Shown here piece by piece: positions 50,801-61,800 of a stretch of 64,000 nucleotides of DNA. The position numbers and the translations under genes are program-made. The notes under the pieces are model-generated. The model had not been told where the DNA came from. It searched no databases and worked only from the letters and a program-made list of their open reading frames with translations. Location of the stretch: contig NC_087248.1 of assembly GCF_037042905.1 (NCBI RefSeq), forward strand, positions 3,782,001-3,846,000, given 5' to 3'. This stretch comes from Lytechinus pictus. Taxonomy: Eukaryota. Position 1 is the stretch's first letter. Every line of letters starts with the position of its first letter.

Positions 50801-52702
50801 ACAAATAAATATAAAATAGTTAGTCGTCGTGTACGTAAAAACAGGACATTAATATCTAATAAGATACGTTACCAGTCGGGTAAGATACGTTACCGTGCCT
50901 ATCTGGTAACATTCTAATGTTCATGTGAGCTATCACACACACTAAACAATCGCATGCATACGTGTTAGATGTCTTATGCCTATAACTGTTCCATCAACTT
51001 CAAATAACTCTCAAATGTATCATAATACTCAAACAGATAAATGAACTATATTCTGTCAATATTCAAAAAATGAAAGTTCTTACCAACCACGTAGCTGGGA
51101 TGAATAACAAACGGCGAGAAGCCTTACATCTCCCTCAGACTCTCAGCACGTAACGCTCAATGCTTTGAAGGGTGGAGAAGCGCTAAAAGCGTGTGCACAA
51201 TTAGAGAATGCGCGAATGGGCCTATCAACGCGCAATGCGGTAACGTATTTGACGGTAACGTATTTGACGGCCTTTAGGATCAACCTTCTGTTTTCACAAA
51301 ATAACAACCTTTTCTTTCGTAACTCCCATGTATTACCATAAGCAATGTAGAGTGCTCTAAAACAAAATACATTATAACTTTGTTAACCAAGTTATTTTTC
51401 TGTAATAGAGCAAAGTTTCAGTAACGTATCTTATTTTACCTTATGGTAACATACACAATTGAAAACTTTGTGTCTGAATATATTCATTATTATAGAGATT
51501 CAGTATACACTATTTGTATTTATATAGCCTTGAAATGGACTTCATTCACTACACCGAAATACAGATCACTGCATTATTGTCTTCGTTCTTTTTAGGGCAT
51601 CATACAAAAAGTAACGTATCTTATCCCGATTTGGAGACACCTTCGCTAAGACCGCAGGAAAAAATATACAAAAGTTTTTTCGCTAAGCAATATGCTTTTT
51701 TACTTAGGCACCGAAGGCACTATAAATTAGTGGACAAAACATGAAGTTCGGATATTACGGTAAAGAGCGGGAGTATGAAATATAATCACACAGGTCGCTG
51801 GAGACATGGGTAAAATGAGCACATATATGTTTTGTGCTGTCATATATAATTTTTTCATGAGGTGGGGTGACCTCAGTTGATTTTAATTCTACTCAACATA
51901 TTCTGTAGTATAAATAAAAGTCAAAAAATTGGTTTCCTGATGAATTAAATTATGGTTTATAGCCTAGAGAAGGTTGGAGACACGAAAATGTCCTTTGGTG
52001 CCCCTTTTCGGAGAATGGCCCAATAATTGATATATTTTCTAACGGAAATATGGGTCTGATCTGCCGAATTTCAATCTCGTCCGCTCCTTCGATCGAATGA
52101 TGAGGTGTGGTGTATTGTGGGTGATCGTCGACGGCTAGTTCTCAAGGTACCCGTGCGCGAGGTTTACCGTGAGTATAGAGCCGTCGACGATCGGCAGCGC
52201 ATCGATAGAACTTGATGAGCGTCACGATACAAACGAGCATAATATGGGGCATAATATTGGAAAGTTCCATGAAACATGCAGCTAACAAGAAAAAATAAAA
52301 TAAGTTATCAAACACGAATTTATTACCAACATCTGCTCAGAATCGATATAAAAACAGCAAATAAAAACTTAGAATTTACTCATGATATGATATAAGAAGA
52401 AAAAATCACACAAATTTGTTCTTACACCATTATAATCAAGAATATCTTTACCCGTCCAGCGCGCGTCCGGAATCATGATGTACTTTGTCACGCACGAAAA
52501 TAACTGTTTTTCGTGGAGGGGTATGCGTCAAGTGCGATGCAAAGAAAATGGTTGGTAAATATAAAATAATTTTACCATATTCATAATTTTCATAATATTT
52601 GGAATAGCTAGTGCGAATTTTTCTTGATTGTATTTCCTCTAGTTGTCATTTTTAAAGGACTGAAATAAAGGTGTCCGGCAATTAGGATACACTGCCATAC
52701 TA
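47815..52702. mobile_element. ~0.9-kb non-autonomous element (copy 1), interrupted by a 4-kb insertion
   Basis: Imperfect ~31-bp TIRs tagtatagtgacgtattttattaccggacac / gtgtccggcaattaggatacactgccatacta. 47815-48041 plus 52026-52672 is collinear with the reverse complement of 53775-54625. Confidence 0.8.
48042..52021. mobile_element. 4-kb non-coding DNA transposon with 4-bp TSD (Sola2-like)
   Basis: AATA|ggtacattctccacaaaagtgcacca ... tggtgccccttttcggagaatggccc|AATA. The empty site is visible in the sister copy. No transposase ORF. Confidence 0.8.
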
Positions 52703-53076
52703 CATGTAGTACCAGTTCTTACCTCAGGTGAAGGTTTGTATGATCGATATTCGCATAGACTATTGCCTATTTCATTTGATCTAGCCTAAATAAATTTAGT
52801 AATACTACTAATAGTATTAAATTATTCTCTTTTTTTTATTCTTTAGCTAAAGTCATACTCGTGAATATTCTTGATCTTTAGCTGCGATCCCCGCACATGC
52901 GCAATTTGCGTTTGCGATGTTTTGATTCGGCAGTAAATTGATAATACGTGTGACTGTGAGGAATTGGCAACTGGCTTTAAATCACCGATTTTGAGACTGA
53001 TAGTTGATGGATACAAAAAAGGGAAAGGGGTGAGACTGAGGAATGTAAGTTGAGTTATGATAGATTAAGCGTAAGG

Positions 53077-53626
53077 CCCGGGGGGGGGGGCAGGAGTGGA
53101 TCGATACCATGCGTGACCATGGGGTCTCGAAAAGCACCGTAAACACGTATTTTCCATATACTGAAAATGCACCCCTTTACAAGTATTATGTAAAACCCTA
53201 CCCTTAACAAATATTGGAAACAAAACGATACTCTTGGCAAGTATTCCCTGAATTGAACCCCTAAACAAGTATTTCAATTGTTATGTCACAGACGTCGGCC
53301 GTCGGTTTTACCTATACCTAGCTACATATCATTGGGTATAGTACAGCCCCACCTCCCACACCTCGCGCAAATCGTACTCTAAACACATAGTGTTGACTCT
53401 TGGGGCAGAAAGTACATCCTTTATAAAACATTTTAAGTCTTAATTTTTTATACCCTCGCAAATTTGACCCTAAACACGTAGCTTTCCTAGCGAAATTGAT
53501 ACCCTTTTTTCATTATTTTAGTGTTTTTGACACCCTTATTACGTTACATACGTAACGTGCCCAATCTTGAAAAAGACATCCTTTTTACATGTTTTTTTGG
53601 TCGTCAATGTAAGTGGCCCCCCCGGG
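53077..53626. mobile_element. CCCGG-terminal non-autonomous element
   Basis: cccgggggg... / ...ccccccggg termini; imperfect 8-bp flanks gcgtaagg/gcgtagtc. Confidence 0.7.
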
Positions 53627-53774
53627 GCGTAGTCTTTTTTTGACACGACATGTTGCGTTTAACCACAAAAAGTGACACAGTGACAGTTTGTCACTCGTAG
53701 TATGAGAGCGAATTTGCCACCTGAGAAGGTTCGGGTAGGCGTAGCGGTAGTGAAGTCTAGTGGAGCCTACACGA

Positions 53775-54625
53775 ACCTTTATTTCAGTGCTTTAAAAATG
53801 ACAACTAGAAGAAATACAATCAAGAAAAAATAGCACTTGCTATTCCAAATATTATGAAAATTATGAATATGATAAAATTATTTTATATTTACCAACCGTT
53901 TTCTTTGCATCGCACTTGACGCATACCCCTCCACGAAAAACAATTATTTTCGTGCACGACAAATTACATCATGATTCTGGGCGGGTTAAGATATTTTTTA
54001 TTATAATGATGTAAAAAAGAATTGGTGTGATTTTTTTTTCATATATATCATGAGTAAATTCTAAGTTTTGTATGCTTTTTTATATCGAATCTGAGCAGAT
54101 GTTGGTAAGAAATTTGTATTTGCTAACTAATTTCTTTTTTTTCTTTTTAACTGCATGTTCCATGGCACTTTCCAATATTACATGTATGCTCGTTCGTATC
54201 GTGACGCTCATCAAGTTATATTGATGCGCTGTCGATTGTCGACGGCTCTAATCACGGTAAACCTCGCACACGGGTACCTTGAGAACTAGCCGTCGACGAT
54301 CACCCACAATATACACCACACCTCAATCGAAGGAGCGGAAGGGATTGAAATTCGGCAAAACGGGCTCATATTTCCGTCAGAAAATAAATCAGTTATTAAT
54401 GCAAAACTATGTTATATGATATTTTAAGCATTTTCTGTCATATAAAAGATAAAGAAAGTAAAAGTTTGATTTTTTTCGCCTTGGTTTTACTAGCAATCTT
54501 GTTCTGTGTATTGCTCTGTGAAATTGAACTGCGGAAGTCTTGCGATACAAAATTGTTTTTGTACACAGTAATATGCGCGTCCGGAATCATAACAGTGTCC
54601 GTTAATACAATACGTGACTATACTA
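53775..54625. mobile_element. Copy 2 of the 47815 family, inverted and uninterrupted, lacking one terminus
   Basis: Reverse-complement similarity to copy 1 along its length. Confidence 0.8.
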
Positions 54626-54761
54626 TTAAAGCTACTGTGTAACTTAAGACAGCAGTACTTGTGATAATCTATGTATTACTGTACTAGTGCTTTTGGTAAG
54701 GCGGACACTTTGCATGGTAACAAGTTAGACCAAAAGCTTCAGTCTCTGTAAATTGGTTGTT

Positions 54762-55258
54762 CTTGATACTTGATACTTCATGTAGTAATCCCTTTGGCAG
54801 CTCATACAGAAGCTATACTGGGATGATGAATAAAGTGAGCCACTGGAAGGAGTGTCATGAAGTGCAGAAATGGTGATGGATAGACATAGCAATTTTGTAT
54901 ATGTACAGTAAAACATGCTATGCTGAGTGCAAGTAAAAAACAAGCTTTTGAATTTAAATCATATGGGATCCAACAGGGGGCTGCATCATTCTGATGGTAG
55001 GGAGAGCAGCCTCCTTGAAACTGGACATTCCTTTGGTGTTGACAGCTGAGCTGGGTAGGTTGTTCCAGTTCCTTATCGTTCTTGGATAGAACGAGAACTT
55101 GAAGGGGTCGATTGTGGCTTCAGGAGTGATGTACTTCAAGTTGTGATCATGTCTTGTAAAAAATGTTGCTGGGGTGACGATAGGTGGACGAGTTATGAAG
55201 ACATGATGGTAGTGGATTTTGTGAAAGAGGAAACATTGGGCAAGGATTCGGCGTGTGT
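54762..55258 (-). mobile_element. 5'-truncated LINE fragment (CR1/L2-group ORF2 C-terminus and 3' UTR)
   Basis: RR...LFHKI...TRHDH...FKFSFYPRTIRNWNNLP...SSFK, with a short (aagtatc)n tail. Confidence 0.8.
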
Positions 55259-55818
55259 GTAGTGCTTCCCATAGTTCTGCTGAACTATTTTGGCTCTACT
55301 CAATGGGGATAACAATAAAATGTCAGAAATTTTTGAATAAATCCCCAGAACGACAGTTATTCCTGTCTATGTGCACAGTTGCGTTTAGATCTATGCAGTC
55401 AAGTAAAAAAATTCATAGCATCCCTGGCTCGGCCCCATCCTGGAGCCTGCCCAGTGCCTTTGACACCAGCAATTTGCAAGCTGGTAATGAAAATTTGTTG
55501 GGCGGGGCGAGGATGCACTGCATTCACTAGAGTTGATCTTTCACTATTCAGGGTAGTTTCATTGTAAATTATAAAGAACTCTCGCTTGATGAATCACCCA
55601 TAACAAAATTACATGCTGTGTTTTTTTTATTCTTTTTTTTTTTTGGGGGGGGGGGGGGGGGTAGTTTGTTTGCTTCTCTTAAGCATTTTTACAGAATAGT
55701 GATATCATTTTTTTGCTTGACAATTTATACATTACTCATGTTGAATTGTATTATACAGGGCATATGGATCAGATGGTAGAGTTCGCGAGGTCACTTTAGA
55801 GGTCATTTAAGGGTCACC

Positions 55819-58800
55819 ATGGACACCAGGCCATCTAGTGTCTTACATCATGCAAGGAGAAGAGAGATTAGGGTAAGTGATGGGAGTATATCCTCCGTGG
55901 GCTGGTGAAACCTTGTATCAAAATTTGAAAACTCTATAGTACAGTTCAAAAATAGCTTTCTTTTGTAATAGAGTTATCACATACAATGTAAGTGGCAACT
56001 TTCATTATCCTAGAATAAGTTCGGAGTAGGAAGCTGTTTTCTGACAATATAGTAGGCCTACTGAGATACTGGGCTTTCTGTATGAGATGTCCACACTTTT
56101 AGGAGATTATGAGATGCATGGCTTTGATAATGCAATCAGTGCAATCAAGCATACATACTGTTCGATCAATGGCTGAGCTTTGTGTTACTTGCCCCGGAGC
56201 ATTGACAAGTTGTCACTGCGGAATTTATTATTATGGGCAACATAGAATGAAAACAGTACGGTAATTTACATAAACAAACATAAAACAAGATATAATAATT
56301 ATGTACATATCACATGATTCGATTCTATTCATAACAAAATTCATAGTAAAGTACTAGTAATGAGAGGGGGAAAGGAGGGGGTATGCTATCTTGTGGTTTA
56401 ACTTAAGTTCTTCTGATTTTAATCATGTATATGAGAAGTGCATCATTTTAAACATTTTGGTTTACAAGTGTTGTTTAAAGGGATCGTTTAACTTTGTGAG
56501 CAGCTGATTAAAAAAATTCTCAAACTGAGTTGAAACGTGCATATGAGTGCCTGTATTTGTCCTCAAAAACCCTGAAACAGACCACAATATGGGATGAAAA
56601 ACTCTAATTTCGATACAAGTAGCAATTTATTAGCCTGATTTTGAGAACCGTCTAGTAGACGGGTTCGGCTTATGACCAGTTTTCTCCAATTCAAAAAGTC
56701 AGTTGGCTATTTTGACTGCCTTCTGTTGTGTGTATCTCCTATACACACACTATTAGCTGCACTGTACATTCAGAGTATACCTTGTACACACTGTATGTAG
56801 GTCATGCTGTGTTCATCTAGAATTAATGTGTTGTGGTGCACAGATTCCCTGTATACACATACACCTGTAGTCATTGAAACCAACTCCCAATTATTTCAAA
56901 CTTTGGTTTATTACATCTCCAAGGTTTTAAAATTGATCCTGTAAATATAATACTTTGAAACTTTTGGGATGGTATTTTTACACTATAAGCCTAATGTTTA
57001 GCCCATTTTCAGGAAGTAAAAGGAGAATTTTTTAAATCAGAACAAAGTGAAATGATCACTTTAAGGAACACCTTAAATGTACAAGATTAGTTGGATTTAT
57101 AGTATTTAATGAAAAAAATCTTAATTTTGAATTTTATTAGTTTTCGTCGTAATAAAAAAATAAGAACAAGATTTTTTCACAGACCACATTCTCAACAGTG
57201 GACATGAGCATTCATTATTAAAAAAAAAAGATATTGTAGTGAGATGCCAAGTAGTAGAGCGGATTAGCCGAACAATTGTGCAAATTATGACTAAAGCATG
57301 AAACTTTCACAAGTATTAGTATATGCCGTAAGATTTATTTTAAAGATGGGAGGTAAATTTATAAATGCCATTTTCGGCCGTTGCCATGGCAACGGATTAA
57401 TTTCTCAAAAATAACATACATTCCCATGTAAATGGTAAATAAACATGATATAGATGACCAAAATGATAATTTTCAGGCTTTCAATTGAATACATATGAAA
57501 TTTAGAAATATTCAAGATCACCAAGATAGTTCCAATTGGTCCGTTGCCATGGCAACGGCTTGTTTTTCCCCAGGAAAATGAAATTTTTGATTAAAAAAAC
57601 GTTGTAGAATATGATTTATCTCTAATTTCCCCTAATTTTATAGTGTTAAACAAAGATATTTTGGTTGCTAAATATATCAATTACATCTCAAGCCATTGCC
57701 ATGGCAACCCAATAACATCTAATTTACAAAAATAACATGGTTGACAAGACAATGGACAGGTGGAAAATACAATAAGAATTGACTTGATCTGTATGCTTAA
57801 GTTTTACCCCTCTCATTTGAACAAAAAATACAGAAAGTGTTCTGCAGGAGTTCTTAAAAAGATAAAAAATTATGTTGCCTTGGTAATGCTTGAATTAAAC
57901 TTAAAAAAAACAATATTGCAAAGTGCCCGTTGCCATGGCAACAGCTTATTTCCCTCTAGAAAGGTAAAAATACTGATAAAATGTAGAATACATGTATGAT
58001 CATCATTCCACTTTCAATAATTTAAAGGTACTAATCGAGATATGTTTGTGACTAAATTTATAAATATAACATCTTAAGCCATTGCCATGGCAACCAGATA
58101 ACATCTAATTAAAAAAAAACCATGGATGACAAGGTTATGGACAGGTGAAAAATACAATGAAAATTCACTTAATGTACATGCATAAGGTTTGACCTACTCA
58201 ATCAATTTAGGGGAAATAATACAGTGAGTGATCTGCATGAACTAATTAGAATGATAAACGTTTATGTTGCCTTGGTAATACTTGAATTCAACGATAAATA
58301 TCAATGTTGCAAATGACCGGTTGCCATAGCAACGGCTCATTTACCCAAGAAAGTACCAGTTTTTATTAGAAAAAGGACTGTAGAATCTGATTTTTCTTGC
58401 ATTTCCCCTAATCTTAGTGTGCTGAACATAGAAATGTTTGATGCAAAATGTATAAATAACATCTGAAGCTATTGCCATGGCAACCAAATAATATCTAATT
58501 TACAAAAAATAATAATTTGGATGACAAGATTATGGACAGGTGGAAAATACAATTACAAATATCTCAATGTGCGAAAGGTTTGGCCAGTCATCTAATTTTG
58601 AACAAAAAAATCACTAAGTATTCTGGATGAGTTCATTAGAATAATAGATTGATGTTGCCTTGGTAATACTTGAATTTATTAATAAATATTAGTGTTTCAA
58701 ATGTCCCGTTGCCATGGCAACAGCTCATTTTCCCCAGAAAAGTATCAGCAGCTTTGATAAACAAAAACATTGTAAAATCTGATTTTTCTTTCATTTCCCC

Positions 58801-61800
58801 TAATTTTAGGGTGCTAAGCATATATATGCTTGTTGTTAATACATAGATAACATCTTTAGCCATTGCCATGGCAACCAATTAAGATATAATTTATAAAACC
58901 AAAAAAATAATACGGTTTAAATGATAATGAACAAGTGGAATGTAAAAATTACTTAATCTACATAATGTTTGACCAGTCATTAAGTTTTGAACAAAAATTA
59001 CAGTAAGTGTTCTGCATGAGTTCATTAGCATGATAAAAACTGATGTTGCCTTGGTAATGCTTGAATTTAATGATATGAATGTTTGCAAATGTGTGTTCCG
59101 TTGCCATGGCAAAGGATCACTTTATTCCCCGGAATATACCATCTTTGATAAAAAAAATACCCTAGTAGAATCTTATTTTGTATTTATTTCCACTAAGTTT
59201 AGGGTGCCAAACATTTTTGTTGTTAAATGTATAAATAACATCTTCAGGTATTGCCATGGCAATAACATTATAACATTTAATCTACCAAAAAATAACATGG
59301 CTGACGAGATAATGGACAAGCGGAAAATACAATAAAATTAACTTAATATGCGTAAGGTTTGACCTACTCTTTTAATTTTGAACAAAAGTCACATTAAGTG
59401 TTATGCATTATTTCATTAGGATGATAAAAATTACTGTTGTTTTGGTAGTGCTTGAACATAATGATAAATATCAGTGTTGCAAATGGCCCCAGAAAAGTAC
59501 AAATTTTGATAAAAATCTGTTTATTTTATTTCCTTTTCCCTTATTTGGGGGTGCTGAACATAAATATGCTCAATGATAAGCACCATCTTTTTTCATTATA
59601 CATGGCATCGAAATAAGACCTACAAAAATCACATCAGACTTTTTGGGCTCAAATGAATTCCCGAAACTATAATTTTGATGCTGGACAATTTCGTTCAAAG
59701 TATTCGCAGGCGGCCACTTTGAAGAAAGCATCTTGGGGTGATTTGTGCTTTAAAGCTGTTCATCATATCAATATATAAGGGGATTATAGGGGTTGATAAA
59801 TCAAAATCTTAAGTCTATTTGAGGAGTTGACATGGTCTTAAACTCCTAATCAAAGTAAGTACAGTAAATCAAATTTTTACATGGAAATCATAAAAATTAT
59901 GCCTTGTCTGACTGTTTTAGCATAATACTTGGCTTGAAATTTGATGGCAAAGCACTATCAAGCATCATCTGCCCGGATACGCCTTTCAATTCCTGCAGAT
60001 GAATATCAGGAAATTGTTACTTTTTGAAAATTCCCATCCTTTCTTAAAAATTCCTGAAAATTTCCGAAAATTCCAAAATTCCCACAAAAGTCCCGTTTAT
60101 TCCCATGGAAAGTTTCCATCAAGAAAATCCCCGGGAATTTTGCAACCCTACTCCCACCAAAAAATCATTACCAAGAAAAATACGGAGAAAGTGATGGAGA
60201 AAGAGATGGATGAAATATGATTATTTTACGAATACTATACCCAAAATGAAAAAAATATACGATCAAAAATACCCTCTTTCTGGTTGAAAATAATTTTAAG
60301 CACTCCAGAAGGAAAAAGGAAAAAAGGAGGGAAAAGAAAGGATAAAAAGAAGAGAAGGACGACGAGTGCATAACATAAGATGAGGGGCAGACTTGGAAAA
60401 TAAAAAGGATCTTTCGTGCCACTATATAAAATTTTCGCTCGCGCTTCGCGCTCGCATTGCCTGTTAGGTGATTTACATATCTTGTTCAATATGGAGCTCA
60501 AATATCAAGTTTGGAAGTCAATATACAGAACATATTTCACCTCGGAAATCGATCTTTCATTATTTTGTGTGATTTACAATTTTTTTTTTAAGGGCTCTGT
60601 AAAATGTCAGTTTTATGATCTGAATAATTGTATCAACATTTGCTGCTTGCGCTGCGTGCTTGCAAATTTTGATTTATCAGGTACCTATTATTTTCGTGTA
60701 TTCCATAAAGTTTTCAAAATATCCCTTTTCAGGTCTGATTGTCAAGACGTATCAGCTAGCGCTGCACGCTGGCATTTTGATTGGCGAGTTATGTATGTTT
60801 CAATATTGATTATACAACAAACTCCTTAAAATCCCCTTTTCATGACAGTTTATCAAAAGTTTTAGCTTGCGATTTGCGCTCGCATAAATGGTTAAATATA
60901 TATTAACTGATGCATCCTATTCCTAATTACAAAAGTGAAATGTCCAGTTTTTATGCCATAATATCATCAGATTTCGCGCCCTCATTAGGCATTAATAAAT
61001 ATGATATTAATTTAATAATTAAATTGTCCCTTTTGTTTCATCTCGCGCTTGGCAAGAGGAATAGGAAGACAGTCATCATTTTCATGACATGTCGTAAGGA
61101 TGTCCCGGTCCTATGTCAAAACTCAAAGTAATAATAATGAAAAAAAAAAATTAAGTGCGATCCATATCCACCTTACAATTTTCCTACAAAGTGCTTGAAA
61201 TATAAAGCTGTAATTGACTCTTTTTTCGGATCGGAATATCAAAGTTTCATGATTTTCATGATTAAAGATGTATTTAGAATGCCTAGATTCTAGGTCTAAA
61301 TATGAAACACGCGCGCGCATGTTTATTCAAATACTTAACTTGTTCTCTATTCAAATCATTATCCAGTTTCAGATCACAATATCAAAATTTTTCTGCTCGC
61401 GCTTTTGTGCTCGCATTATTAATGTAGGAAGACCCCCTATTACTTATCCTTTTCATTATTTACAAAACATTGATTTTGATTGATTTATTTTATTTAATCA
61501 CGGTAAAAAGCCCTCGATCAGCCTATGGCTGTTTACAAAACATGAACAGAGTGGCCCATTTTTAAGTCTAAATCTCGATTTTTTTTTCCGCTCGCGCTTC
61601 GCGCTCGCATCAATTGATGAGTTATATAGCTATCCTGTTCACGATTACAAAAATTGATTAAAATTGTCCATTCTTTCTTTAGAAATGTTCAGGTCTTGCG
61701 TCGCGCTCGCATTTTTTGATTGATGAAATATGTAACGCCTCCATGGCTAAGTGCAAGCAGTCCAGGTACCAGTTCAGGTACAGGTACCAGTTCAAAACGT

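Noticed and set aside
55379-55567. Cys/Pro-containing ORF after an AG upstream of WDTC1
   Set aside because: No recognisable homology, and the WDTC1 ATG has an in-frame stop upstream, so this cannot extend the CDS. A UTR exon is not excluded.
57379-59300. CRISPR-like array of regularly spaced palindromes
   Set aside because: Eukaryotic context, the spacers are homologous to each other, there are no cas genes, and the array is a transposon arm.
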